Assembly: GCA_965214605.1 (NCBI GenBank)
Contig: OZ243961.1
Coordinates: 1,152,001 to 1,216,000 of the forward strand
DNA length: 64,000 nt
Source: an uncultured Candidatus Binatia bacterium
Lineage (GTDB): Bacteria > Desulfobacterota > Binatia > Bin18
Direction: 5' to 3'
Shown: positions 40,104-50,580 of the stretch, piece after piece
Numbering within the stretch: the first letter of the stretch is position 1
Layout: every line of letters starts with the position of its first letter
The notes under the pieces: model-generated
Databases searched by the model: none
What the model was told of the DNA's origin: nothing
What the model saw: only the letters and a program-made list of their open reading frames with translations
Program-made: the position numbers and the translations under genes

Positions 40104-41885
40104 TCAGCTAGCCAGCAGGGGCAGTTCAAGGAAAGACGGCCGTTCCTCGACATGGTGGATCACATTTGTTGCGATACGGATATCCGCCTCAGTGTCGTTG
40201 GCCAGCACCGCGTTCCCGCTGTTGGTGTTGCGGACCCGACGAGGAAAGTTACTGCTCGTAATATCCACCTGCAGACGGCTGCCGGCCTGAAAGGTGTGAT
40301 GGATGTCGCCCAACTCAACCCTCAGCCGGTAGACCTGGCCGGGATCCAAGGGCTGGGGCTCAGCCTGACGATACATGGCCCGTACCACTCCATCCATCAG
40401 CAGCACAGCGCAGCCGTCCGCTTGCAGCTCGATCAGCTTGGCCACAAAATCGGTGTCGCGGCAGTTGGATTGGATGTGGAGCGTGACCTGCACCGGTCCG
40501 GCGATGCTGAGTTCCTGGTCAAGAATATCACTCCGGTAGCTCAGACCATAGTTGGGCAAGGCTTGTGCCGCGCGTTGATCGCGCGGTCCGCTGTCGATCA
40601 GCATATTGCGTCCACCCAGCGTCGGAATAGGGCGACGGGGGTCATAGATATAGCTTCGCTGACCACCACCTGGGCCGTCCGCGCTGAGTCGACCCTCGCC
40701 CGTCATATACAGCCGCTGCCGGGTAACTCCAAGTGGGGGCCACTGCTCGGCGTGGCGCCAATCATTGGCAACATAGCCGGCCTGGTCTGGAACCCACGCG
40801 CGAGGGGAATAAAAGATCGCTGGCTCATCCATGATCCGGGTTGATTCATCCTTGAGCCAGTGGTCAAACCATTCGAAGTAGGGATCTCGCGGCCAGAAAT
40901 TCCGCTCATACACAAAATAGTGGCTGTTTGGTCCGATCCACAGCCGCTGTTTACCAACGCGGGACTGGATGTCGCCAAAGGCGGCTAACACACTGGTTAG
41001 AAAAATATCGAACCAGCTGGTGACGTGAAAGCCGGGCACGGTGATAGTAGCCCGAAAGTTGTGACGGGCACGAAACGCGTCAGGTGTGGGGTGACTGATG
41101 ATCTCGTCCAAATAGGGCTGCCAGACGGAGAAGTCCGGATAGCCGGTCAACGGCAGCCGCATCCATTCGGCCGAATCAATGAACGGCGGGTCTGCCTGGC
41201 GGGCGGCGTCGAGGGCCGCATAGCGGGCATCGGCCGCACCGGCCGCGGCGTCCAGAGCCTCAGCACTCATGTCGTACCGCTCCATCAACGCGCGGCGGTG
41301 GGATGCCGACAGGCCTGGAATATTACGGGCGACCCACAGCCATAAGCGTTCCATCTGAATCGATTGGCCCTCATACACCACGTCGTCATAGATACTGGAG
41401 CCGCCGGCCTGGGCAAAAAACGCCCCAACACTCGGATGTCCCTGCGAAGCGGCGGCAAGCGCAGTCGTCGCCCCGGCCGACGAGCCCGACAGCCCAACCC
41501 GCTGGTTGGACCAGGGCTCGGCCGCGATCCATTCCAAGGTGTCGTACCCGTCTGCCGCATCGTCGCCGTAGACGTGGTCTTCACCTTCAGAGCCGTAGCG
41601 TCCCCGCGTGTCCTGATAGACCGCACTATAGCCGCGGCGTACAATCTCGCGCCAGCCGCGCAGGATCGAGCCGCGTAGGGGCGCGTTTGGGTCCGGCAAC
41701 CAGCCCTTGGTACAGTCGGTCACATGCCGGCCTTCGGGTGAGGTGATGCCATAGGGAGTGCGCTGTACAATTACCGGATAGCGCGGTCCGCCACTTTCCG
41801 GTAGGAACACAAATGTATTGAGGCAGACACCGTCCCGCATCGGTACCATGGCCTGGAAACAACGTGCCCCGTCGATCACCCGCAT
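40104..41885 (-). CDS. CocE/NonD family hydrolase
   Basis: VPMRDG, RTPYG, QDTRGRYGSEG, DGYDTLEW, GSSAG, DTDFVAKL and SSNFPR; start at MRVIDG. Confidence 0.9.
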   Translation of the reverse strand: MRVIDGARCFQAMVPMRDGVCLNTFVFLPESGGPRYPVIVQRTPYGITSPEGRHVTDCTKGWLPDPNAPLRGSILRGWREIVRRGYSAVYQDTRGRYGSEGEDHVYGDDAADGYDTLEWIAAEPWSNQRVGLSGSSAGATTALAAASQGHPSVGAFFAQAGGSSIYDDVVYEGQSIQMERLWLWVARNIPGLSASHRRALMERYDMSAEALDAAAGAADARYAALDAARQADPPFIDSAEWMRLPLTGYPDFSVWQPYLDEIISHPTPDAFRARHNFRATITVPGFHVTSWFDIFLTSVLAAFGDIQSRVGKQRLWIGPNSHYFVYERNFWPRDPYFEWFDHWLKDESTRIMDEPAIFYSPRAWVPDQAGYVANDWRHAEQWPPLGVTRQRLYMTGEGRLSADGPGGGQRSYIYDPRRPIPTLGGRNMLIDSGPRDQRAAQALPNYGLSYRSDILDQELSIAGPVQVTLHIQSNCRDTDFVAKLIELQADGCAVLLMDGVVRAMYRQAEPQPLDPGQVYRLRVELGDIHHTFQAGSRLQVDITSSNFPRRVRNTNSGNAVLANDTEADIRIATNVIHHVEERPSFLELPLLAS

Positions 41886-42078
41886 AACAGCCCTTTCCTT
41901 TGCTGATGGACAGTCCTTGCCGTGACCGTAAACGTCCAAGCGGCCATCGGTCAAGAGCACCTCGTCAAGCCGGCCCAATCTCTCAGGCGTATCGCTTTCA
42001 CCGCTCGGCCCAGGGGCGCTGAGGTCTGACAGGTTGATATAGGGGAGCGATATCGGTAGCACGGAGAGGACGGAGAAA

Positions 42079-42630
42079 ATGGACGGAAAGGGTGGCGGAT
42101 GCATCTTGGCTAGTCTAGGAAGTATTTGGGGGCTGGGTGGAATTATGGCCATATTGGCCTATGCAGTTTTTCATCTTCTAGGACGGTCAATTGAGGCATT
42201 TGGCCACGCCTGGGACTGGCGTCATTGGACCCTGCTCATCCTCAACTCGGCCTTTATGGCCCATTCGGAGGGCTATATGGGATTCCAAAAATCCTTTGCC
42301 CCGCGCGTCGTCGCCCGTGCCCAAGTGCTGCGCGACCGTCCGTCGTTCCTACGGCTGCTGCTCGCCCCGCTGTTCTGTATGGGGTACTTTCACGCTTCCC
42401 GCCGCCGCCTCCTGTCCATCTACGTCCTGACTAGTGCCATTGTCGTGCTGATCGTCATCTTTCAGTATATCAGCCAGCCGTGGCGCGGCATTCTTGACTG
42501 CGGTGTTGTCGTCGGCTTGAGCTGGGGCATGGCCAGCATTGTTGTACTGGCGGTCCGGGCGTGGCTGGAGCCGGGCACCATTGAGTCGGCCGACCTGCCC
42601 GACCCACCTATGCCTCCAACAACAGCCTAG
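42079..42630 (+). CDS. Hypothetical membrane protein
   Basis: Several TM segments; EGYMGFQKSFAPRVVAR and QPWRGILDCGVV. Confidence 0.75.
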   Translation: MDGKGGGCILASLGSIWGLGGIMAILAYAVFHLLGRSIEAFGHAWDWRHWTLLILNSAFMAHSEGYMGFQKSFAPRVVARAQVLRDRPSFLRLLLAPLFCMGYFHASRRRLLSIYVLTSAIVVLIVIFQYISQPWRGILDCGVVVGLSWGMASIVVLAVRAWLEPGTIESADLPDPPMPPTTA

Positions 42631-42659
42631 GCCGGGGAAGTCCACGACTCAGCTCTTCA

Positions 42660-43025
42660 AAACCACCTGATCAAACGGCTTGATCCCCCTTGCTGCCCGC
42701 CTCTTGTCGGCTCGGCGTTCATACGGCCAGGCCTAGATTTGGGGAGACGACTGGGCGGAATTATCGCGCGGGGCTTCAAGGTTGGCAATCTGTAATCCTG
42801 CGGTTTGCCTTTCTCGGTGGACGGCAGGCTCTCCGACGCCCCATAACACATCGTGACTCTCGATTTGTCCGGCCTGGGCCCAACGTACGTATTCGACGGT
42901 CTCCGGTGGGAAGGGGAGAGCCTCGGGGTTCTTTGGCCGCGATAAACGCAAAGCCGTCATAGGTCGAAAGGAACGGAGGTGAGGACTTCGACGTGTCACC
43001 GATGATGATCCGTATTGCTTGGGGC
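42660..43025 (-). pseudogene. PIN-domain (DUF3368-like) protein remnant
   Basis: IRIIIGDTS; LSTYDGFAFIAAK...PTGDRRIRTL; IESHDVLW, in shifting frames. Confidence 0.55.
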
Positions 43026-44100
43026 TTGTACCCCTTTTGCCCGTCCTGAGCGACCGATCGACGCAGCAATTCGGCAGCCTTTACTGCTGCGGTCACCTCC
43101 TCGGCAAGCGTACGGTATCCCTAAAGCGCTTGAAACGACGTTGGAGGCCTCTGCTCTCATGGGCTCGGCTCCCGAGAATCCTCCCCGCGCGCAAAAGTAC
43201 GCAACCAGGGTTTCGTGGGGGCGGTGCGGGGCAGGGCCGCCACCTTCCCCGCGCCTAACAGTAGGTACTGGAACAGAGCTGCGATTGATGACGCCGCCCC
43301 CCTGTTCCAGACGGACGAGTAGAGCACTCTGGCAGCGACGCGGTAGAGATGCCTTAAGGTCGAGCAATTCCCGGCAGCCAAGCGCCTTGCACTACGGGCC
43401 GACTTTGTGCTGAAGATCAGCGCGGAGAATGAGAAGGGCAGCGGCAGAGCAGTTGCATCACTTTCCCGGTTCAGACTCTTCGATAGGCCTTGCGGCGATA
43501 ATGTGGTACGCCAATTCGTAGGTCAAAGTGAGACGCCAATGTTCAAGATTGCCAACGATCAATCACTGGAACGTCCGCCTCCCACCTTTACACCGAACCA
43601 TGCAGGCGAAGCCCGACACCTTGTGGGGGAAGTCTTCGATAAGGACTTTGATGCCTTTCTCTTTCAGCAGCCCGCTCATATTGGGAAGAGGGGTGGGACC
43701 AAGCTCCCGGTTGTTCGCGCAGCCTACCAGCCGGGTCTTCAGCGCGGGCAATGGACGCGGATATTAAATCAGGGCGGTTCCATTCGGCCCTGTTGAGTTC
43801 CAGGAGCCGTCCAACCCAGAGATATCGTTCAATGCCTTCAAGAACAGCCACCTCGACCGCGGCATGATGTCGGGTGCGCTGCCGGTGGCGGCCTTGACCC
43901 GGACCTTCACCCCGCTAAGCCCGGGAGTGTCAAGCGTGACCGGATACGTCGGACTCACATCAAGCGCTTGGGTGGACCTGAGCGGTCATGGCATGATTCA
44001 TTTTTGGATCAAATCATGTAGGGACAGGCCGGGTCGTCCCCAGTCAGTTTGAGACGAAGTCGGTCAAGGCCGTTTGCCGTCGAAGGGGCCGTGAACGTAA
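43025..44100 (-). pseudogene. XRE-HTH / ImmA-IrrE metallopeptidase remnant
   Basis: AVLEGIERYLWVGRLLEL; LGPTPLPNMSGLLKEKGIKV; VSGFACMV; RLTLTYELAYH (decayed RFTLAHELGH); CSAAALL; VTAAVKAAELL. Confidence 0.7.
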
Positions 44101-44289
44101 GCTCGCCGGGAGGAGTTCAACAACTGGGAGGATGAACAGGTCCGGGTTGACTAAATTCGCAACTCGGGCAATGACATGGAGCTGGAGGCAGCGCTCAATG
44201 GGAGAGCGGCATGTAATGTTGAACCACTACAGCTTCCTCACTCGCGCGATGAAGCTGTGGTCTGATCATGAATCAAGAAGAGGACCAGT

Positions 44290-45057
44290 ATGAGCGGAAG
44301 ATTAGCTAACAAGGTCGCCCTGATTACCGGAGCCGGCGGCGGCCAAGGCCGGGCCGCGGCAGTGATGTTCGCCCAAGAGGGCGCCAAGGTGGTTGTGACC
44401 GATATCAAGGGCGAAGGCGGACACGAGACGGTTGAGCAGGTCAAAGCGGCTGGCGGTCAGGCGATCTTTCACAATACCGATGTCTCACAGGCGGCGGACC
44501 TCCAGGCCGCCGTGGGCCGGACAGTCGACACCTACGGCCGTCTGCACATCCTGTATAACAACGCCGCCGTGCTGCATAAGCAGGACACGACGGTGACCGA
44601 ACTCGAAGAGGACCTGTGGGACTTGGTGATTGGGGTCAACCTCAAGAGCATCTACCTAGGCTGCAAATACGCCATTCCAGAAATAACCAAGGCGGGTGGC
44701 GGCTCAATCATCAACGTGTCATCCTTGGCCGGGTTGTTGGGCGTCGGCAATGTGCATGCGTACACTGCGGCCAAAGGCGGGGTGATTTCGCTCACTCGGG
44801 CGATTGCCACAACCTATGCGGCCAAGAACATCCGCTGCAACGTCATCTGCCCCGGCGCGGTTGATACGCCGATGATGGCCCATGTGCTGCACGGCTCGAA
44901 TCCCAAGCGGATGGAACGGGTAGCCAAGAGTCATCCGCTCGGGCGTGTGGGTGCGCCGCAGGATATCGCCTCAATGGGCTTATTTTTGGCCTCAGACGAG
45001 TCGTCATGGGTGACGGGCTCGGTATTCACCGTTGACGGGGGATATGCCGCGCAGTGA
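44290..45057 (+). CDS. SDR family oxidoreductase
   Basis: TGAGGGQG, NNAA, YTAAK and VDGG. Confidence 0.93.
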   Translation: MSGRLANKVALITGAGGGQGRAAAVMFAQEGAKVVVTDIKGEGGHETVEQVKAAGGQAIFHNTDVSQAADLQAAVGRTVDTYGRLHILYNNAAVLHKQDTTVTELEEDLWDLVIGVNLKSIYLGCKYAIPEITKAGGGSIINVSSLAGLLGVGNVHAYTAAKGGVISLTRAIATTYAAKNIRCNVICPGAVDTPMMAHVLHGSNPKRMERVAKSHPLGRVGAPQDIASMGLFLASDESSWVTGSVFTVDGGYAAQ

Positions 45058-45529
45058 CAAACAGGGCCGCAGGGTCGTTGGGACAGAGCTGGTTCTTCCC
45101 TCTCCATCAATCTCGTCACAGTCACGTATATCTTGGGGGGTAAATCCTACAGGGATAAGCTGGCTAGTTATCGGTCCAGTTTTGGACCTCCACCATCGAT
45201 GACCGGTTCCGAGGATTGAAGGAGCACCAACAATTACTGAGATAACTGGAAACTGATATTTGCTACAAATGGCCAAGGTATTGCATCAACCAGACCAGCG
45301 TGACAGTGACAGCCATGAACCGACGGGCAAGGTTCTGGCGGCCATTGGTTGCCATCATCCAGCCCCCACCCACAACATACGCCTCAATACGCTTCTTAGT
45401 CGCATTCTTGAACCTTCCTTCCGAGGTATATACCAGAACGTCGTTTACGAGCGCATCCAGGGGCGGTCACCCTTCGTATGACGCTGTTGGAGCCTCCTCT
45501 TAATGTCCTTGTACGCAGTGGCATCCATC

Positions 45530-45646
45530 TCAGCCAACCCGCGAATCTTTCTTGGAAAAGGCCACCCATACCACGAGGGCGGAGAGAACAATACTAAACC
45601 CTAGAGTCAGGGGTCGAGAAGGAAGCGATGACAGGACCAAGGACAT
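45530..45646 (-). CDS. Possible small membrane peptide (38 aa)
   Basis: MSLVLSSLPSRPLTLGFSIVLSALVVWVAFSKKDSRVG begins 10 bp after the Rieske stop; one TM segment and a basic tail. Confidence 0.35.
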   Translation of the reverse strand: MSLVLSSLPSRPLTLGFSIVLSALVVWVAFSKKDSRVG

Positions 45647-45656
45647 CAACTGCTGT

Positions 45657-45962
45657 TCAGCCAATATCGACCCTGAGCACCCCGTCTTCGACTTGGAGCG
45701 GATGGATTCGCAGCCGCATGGCCGCATTAGTGACGCTGCACGCCCGTCGCAGGTCGAAGCGGAAGCGGTGCCACGGACAGGTCACCACCGTCCCTTTGAG
45801 CCAGCCCCGACTTAAGGGGCCGCCCTTGTGGGGGCAGGCATTTTCGGCTGCAAAAAATTCGCCGCCGTCATTGCAGACGGCGAGCTGTCTGCCGGCGACC
45901 TTCACACTCACAAGCCTTCCCGGCGGGAAGGCCTCAATAGCTCCAAGTACTACCCACGCCAT
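45657..45962 (-). CDS. Rieske [2Fe-2S] ferredoxin
   Basis: CPHKGGPL...CPWH...FDL. Confidence 0.92.
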   Translation of the reverse strand: MAWVVLGAIEAFPPGRLVSVKVAGRQLAVCNDGGEFFAAENACPHKGGPLSRGWLKGTVVTCPWHRFRFDLRRACSVTNAAMRLRIHPLQVEDGVLRVDIG

Positions 45963-45970
45963 ATCCAGCC

Positions 45971-46561
45971 TCACCAACTCTGGCGGGCCGCCTGCGCCTC
46001 GGGCGTATCCCGCTCGGTAAAAAAGCTGTAGGCAAAAGGATGCAGGCCGCCACACGCCCGACAGGTCCGCAGGGAGGGATCGGTATTAAATTGCTCTACC
46101 GCCCGCCCCTCCTCATCCCAGAGTCCACGCCAGCCGTCCTGGGCCGTCTCATACACCACTTCGTGCACCACCGTGCCACACTGGGAACAATACCAGCGCA
46201 GCCGATCGCGCTGATAGGCGGAAGGGGTTCCACCCACGATGATGGTGTAATAGGCACTGTCCCGCCACTCGGCCCGAATCCAGATGCGATCCGTATCACT
46301 GACCGCCCAGTAGCCCAGCAGCGAGGCCACATGGTGCGGCACCCCGGCTTTAATCAGGTGCATCAGCCGCTCACCCTGCTGGGGGATCTCCAGAATACCC
46401 TCGGGCAGCATTTCAAATAGCCGGAATTGGGGCCCAGCCAAGGGCAACCGAGCACTCCAGATGCGGTAATCAAACGCCTCCTGCCATCTGCCGAGCGCGG
46501 CCAAATCCTCAGGATTAGTGACAGAGGCGGTATAGTTCCGAAGCGGGATCTTATGGGGCAT
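45971..46561 (-). CDS. Divergent 3-hydroxyanthranilate 3,4-dioxygenase-like cupin, paralog B
   Basis: DRLRWYCSQC...FNTDPSLRTCRACG, the rubredoxin-like Cys4 site typical of the 3-HAO C-terminus. Confidence 0.6.
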   Translation of the reverse strand: MPHKIPLRNYTASVTNPEDLAALGRWQEAFDYRIWSARLPLAGPQFRLFEMLPEGILEIPQQGERLMHLIKAGVPHHVASLLGYWAVSDTDRIWIRAEWRDSAYYTIIVGGTPSAYQRDRLRWYCSQCGTVVHEVVYETAQDGWRGLWDEEGRAVEQFNTDPSLRTCRACGGLHPFAYSFFTERDTPEAQAARQSW

Positions 46562-46586
46562 GAGCTGTGACTTCCGTATCTCCGTC

Positions 46587-47237
46587 CTACCATTTGGCGC
46601 GCGCTTGGCGCTCGGCCGGCGTATCTTTACGCGACTGCCAGCAATACCCTTCCAGGTTCACGGTTCCGCACTCAGGACAAGTCCGGTTTCGGCTATCGCT
46701 ATTATATTCAGTCACTGCCGCCCGCTCGGCCTTCCAAAAACCGCCCATCCCTTTTTCACCGGTCGGATACACCCGCTCGAAGAGCAGGGTCAAGCACTCC
46801 AGACAGTACCAGGCAAACCGATCGCATTCGGTCTCTTCCGGCCTCTGTTGAATCAGCAGAAAGGGGATCTGCCCATTTTCGTCCGGCGGCAGGGGCAGAA
46901 ACAACTCGTCTCGGTCGTTGATATGCCAGTAGCCAAAATAATTGACCGCGTGATGTGGCATGCCGCCCACAACGACACTAATGTCAAGCGGTTTGGGCGG
47001 ATCGGTCAGCTTGGTCAGCCCCATGTACGGCTCGATCAGCCAGATCTCGCTGAGCTGGCCGCCCGAGATAGCATCAAGAACACCGGACTCGGTCGGAGCG
47101 TAATGGCGGACACCAATCACCTGTTGGCCGGCTTCCTTAAAGCCGGAAAACTTGCCAATCACCCGCTCGCTCAGAAAGTCCCAATCGCCCATGACCTTTT
47201 CGATAGGCTCTGTAATGTAGAGATTCGGAAACGACAT
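46587..47237 (-). CDS. Divergent 3-hydroxyanthranilate 3,4-dioxygenase-like cupin, paralog A
   Basis: DRFAWYCLEC...YNSDSRNRTCPECG; GMPHH and YWHINDRDE motifs. Confidence 0.65.
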   Translation of the reverse strand: MSFPNLYITEPIEKVMGDWDFLSERVIGKFSGFKEAGQQVIGVRHYAPTESGVLDAISGGQLSEIWLIEPYMGLTKLTDPPKPLDISVVVGGMPHHAVNYFGYWHINDRDELFLPLPPDENGQIPFLLIQQRPEETECDRFAWYCLECLTLLFERVYPTGEKGMGGFWKAERAAVTEYNSDSRNRTCPECGTVNLEGYCWQSRKDTPAERQARAKW

Positions 47238-47288
47238 ACACTACCTCGTGCTGTTTTAGACAAACACAATGACGTGTCAGGAGTCAGT

Positions 47289-48389
47289 TCAGGCCCGATC
47301 CTCCCGGACCACCCGTCCGCTACCCGTGGTGTTGGCTCCCTCAGTCTCGGAAAACTCAGGCATGACCTCTTCTGCAAATAGACGCATTGAGCGACGCACC
47401 TGCTGCTGGCTCAGACTGCCGTAGGCGAAGAACAGAATCATGTATTGCAGGTCTTCCAGAAACTCTTGGTGACGTCTGATGAGGCGGATACACGTGTCCG
47501 GGCTGCCGATCAAGAGCATGCCGAGGTCCATCAGCTCGTTTAAGTCACCCCGTGCTGCGGCGTCAAACGTCCCCTTCAAATAGGAGTACGAAGATGACTG
47601 AGCCATTTCGTCCGGTTTGGCCAATTTGAGCAGCTGTTGCCAACGCGCGGCCAAGGTCGGCAGCACCTCGGCTTTGGCCTGATCGTCACTCGCCGCCAGA
47701 TAGACATGGCGAGTCGGAACCAAACCAACGTGGTCTATAGTGTGGCCGTGTTTGGCGTTGTCCTGTTTGTAGATGGCCCAGTGCTGCTGCATAACCGGAA
47801 GCAGGGTGTAGACCTCCATACACGGATAGTTGTGTGTTGCCGCCCAGCGAACCGAGGCCTCAGACAGCCCAGCGGTCCAAACTGGAGGGTGCGGCTTCTG
47901 GACCGGCCGAATTTCGAGCCGGGTCCGGGGGATATTCACAAATTGGCCTTGATATGAAAACGTGTCCTGCGTCCAGGCCCGGAGCACGGCTTGGTGGGTT
48001 TCGTGAAAGATCTGACGGCTCTGCTCATGATCGACCTGCCATGGAACAAATTCGCCCGGCTGAATGCCCCGACCAATGCCCCACAGCAAACGCCCATCGC
48101 TCATCATATCCAGCATCGCACCCTCTTCGGCTAAACGCAGGGGGTGGTGAAACGGCAACACATTGACCGCCGGTCCCAGCTTGATCCGACTGGTCCGCTG
48201 AGCGGCCGAGGCGACCATCAAGTTGGGAGAGGCAATCATGCTATAGGTAGAAAAATGGTGCTCGGCAAACCAAAAGCTATCGTAGCCGAGTTGCTCAGCA
48301 TACACAACTTGTTCCAGATTCTCTTTGAACAACTGCTGAACGCTCCGCTCATCGGCCTTGGTGATGGTTGAGAAAATCCCGAATTTCAC
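47289..48389 (-). CDS. LLM class flavin-dependent oxidoreductase
   Basis: MKFGIF, WFAEHHF, HPLRLAEE, GIGRG, PVQKPHPP and FAEEVMP; GTG start. Confidence 0.92.
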   Translation of the reverse strand: MKFGIFSTITKADERSVQQLFKENLEQVVYAEQLGYDSFWFAEHHFSTYSMIASPNLMVASAAQRTSRIKLGPAVNVLPFHHPLRLAEEGAMLDMMSDGRLLWGIGRGIQPGEFVPWQVDHEQSRQIFHETHQAVLRAWTQDTFSYQGQFVNIPRTRLEIRPVQKPHPPVWTAGLSEASVRWAATHNYPCMEVYTLLPVMQQHWAIYKQDNAKHGHTIDHVGLVPTRHVYLAASDDQAKAEVLPTLAARWQQLLKLAKPDEMAQSSSYSYLKGTFDAAARGDLNELMDLGMLLIGSPDTCIRLIRRHQEFLEDLQYMILFFAYGSLSQQQVRRSMRLFAEEVMPEFSETEGANTTGSGRVVREDRA

Positions 48390-48471
48390 CAGCTCCTCCT
48401 CGGACTAGAACTGCTAGTAAGTATATCACCGATCGGATGGAGATGATATGAGGAGAGCAAAGGAGACAGCC

Positions 48472-50265
48472 ATGATTGTCCCAGCACGCAAAGAGTATAA
48501 AGTCGTCACTGAACAAAATGTTCCGATGAAAACGCGCGACGGGATAACTCTGTACGCTGACGTCATCCGCCCCGACTCAGCCGAACGCTTTCCCATTCTA
48601 CTGAGCCGCACGCCATACGGCAAAACGGCGACAGCCGATCCCAACGGACCCAACGCCTTGTACGCCCGCTATGGCTACGTGTCGGTCGTCCAAGACTGTC
48701 GCGGCCGCTTTGAGTCTGAGGGCGAATACAACACTATCTTTCAAGAGGCGGTCGACGGCTATGACGCGGTGGAGTGGTCGGCTAGGCTCCCCTGGTCAAA
48801 TGGTCGGGTGGGCACGACCGGCCAGTCGTATCTGGGGTTGACCCAGTACCTGATCGCCTGTAACACCCCCATGCCACCGTCTCTCCAGTGCATGGCCCCG
48901 GTCTCGGCCTCAGCCGATTATCACGCCAGCTGGATCTATCACACCGGCGGAGTATCCAAGTGGGGCTGGATGGTCCCCTATGCCCTGTTCAAGGGTCTGA
49001 ACACGCTCAAGCGCCAGGGACGTAAAGATCTGATAGAAAAGATGAAAGAGTATGTCGAAGGGGGCGATCCGGTCGGGCCCCGAATGACCCGCTGGGGCTT
49101 GAACGCTTTTACTCCATTGACCGACAAATGGTACCGTCATCTGCCGATCAAAGACTGGGGCGAGATCCTCAAAGAGGCCGCCCCGTACATGGCCGAACAC
49201 ATCGCCCAGGCCGACGACGGTCCCTACTGGTACCGAGCCAACGTAAACCACTTCGCCGAAACGATCACAACCCCCATGCTCCACGTTACCTCGTGGTACG
49301 ATACCTTTGCCGAGGGCGGACCGGCCGCCTATCAGAGCATCAGCACCAAGAGCCAATTCGAGGCGGCCCGAACCGGTCAGCGTCTGATCATCGGGCCGTG
49401 GGGCCACCTGCTGCCCTACACCTCACCGACCTCGCGCGGAGCCGGAGACGTCGACTTTGGCCCGAACGCCCTGATCGACCTGAATGAGACCCTGCTGCGC
49501 TGGTTTGACTATTGGCTGAAGGACGTCGCCAACGGCATCATGGACGAGCCGCCGGTCAGCGTTTTCACCCTGGGAGAGAACCGCTGGCAGCAGCTGGCCG
49601 ACTGGCCGCCACCCAATATGCGCCAGGTACGTTACTTCCTGCACAGCGCTGGTGCGGCTAACAGCCTGAGCGGGGACGGGAGGCTGTCAACCGCACCGCC
49701 CAGTCAGGAGCCATCCGACAGCTACACCTACGATCCCGACGATCCGGTCCCCTCACTTGGTGGCAATAACCTCACCATTGACATGGGCGTGCAAGATCAA
49801 CGCCTAGTTGAAGAGCGCAGCGACGTCCTGGTCTATACTTCAGACCCCCTCAGCCAGCCGCTAGAGATCACCGGGCCGGTGATGGTCAGCCTGTGGGCGG
49901 CATCTTCAGCTGTCGATACCGACTTCACCGCCAAGCTCGTGGACGTCCACCCCGACGGCTATGCCCAGAATCTGCTCAACGGCGTTATCCGGACCCGCTA
50001 TCGGGATTCGATGGCTACCCCCCAGCTAATGGAAGCGGGCAAATCCTATCAGTTTACAATCGATCTGTGGGCAACGAGCAATGTCTTCCTGCCGGGTCAT
50101 CGCATCCGGCTGGAAATTAGCTCCAGCCACTTCCCCGAGTTCGACCGCAACCTGAATACCGGTCAGCCGTTTGGCGAGGGTACCCAGGGCGTGATCGCCC
50201 AGCAGACCGTGTTCCACCAAGAAGACCGGGCTTCATACGTCTTGTTGCCGCTGATGCCTAGGTAG
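48472..50265 (+). CDS. CocE/NonD family hydrolase
   Basis: TRDG, RTPY, QDCRGRFESEG, GQSYLG, GPWGH and DTDFTAKL. Confidence 0.92.
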   Translation: MIVPARKEYKVVTEQNVPMKTRDGITLYADVIRPDSAERFPILLSRTPYGKTATADPNGPNALYARYGYVSVVQDCRGRFESEGEYNTIFQEAVDGYDAVEWSARLPWSNGRVGTTGQSYLGLTQYLIACNTPMPPSLQCMAPVSASADYHASWIYHTGGVSKWGWMVPYALFKGLNTLKRQGRKDLIEKMKEYVEGGDPVGPRMTRWGLNAFTPLTDKWYRHLPIKDWGEILKEAAPYMAEHIAQADDGPYWYRANVNHFAETITTPMLHVTSWYDTFAEGGPAAYQSISTKSQFEAARTGQRLIIGPWGHLLPYTSPTSRGAGDVDFGPNALIDLNETLLRWFDYWLKDVANGIMDEPPVSVFTLGENRWQQLADWPPPNMRQVRYFLHSAGAANSLSGDGRLSTAPPSQEPSDSYTYDPDDPVPSLGGNNLTIDMGVQDQRLVEERSDVLVYTSDPLSQPLEITGPVMVSLWAASSAVDTDFTAKLVDVHPDGYAQNLLNGVIRTRYRDSMATPQLMEAGKSYQFTIDLWATSNVFLPGHRIRLEISSSHFPEFDRNLNTGQPFGEGTQGVIAQQTVFHQEDRASYVLLPLMPR

Positions 50266-50580
50266 TGCCTCGCTTTGTGTCAGAGTGCTGCTGACCCCTC
50301 GGTCGAACGTTGAAAACCCGCTCAGTTGAAAGCCGAGTCTGTATGGTTGCTCCCCCGGCGCTCCGGGGCAGCAACTGTTTCTTTGGCAGGCTAGTATGTC
50401 GCACTTGGTGTTTGTCTTTAATCAGATTGAACCGCTCTGCAGAGCGTGCAACACCACCGGCCGTAGGCCTGCGGGCTGGAACCGCGGCCGTTCACCGTCC
50501 CGGCCAAGCCAATGGAGGAACGGAACGTATCAGCCTCAGAGAAGACAGACCTGTCCATTCCGCGCTCTACCCTAAAACAC

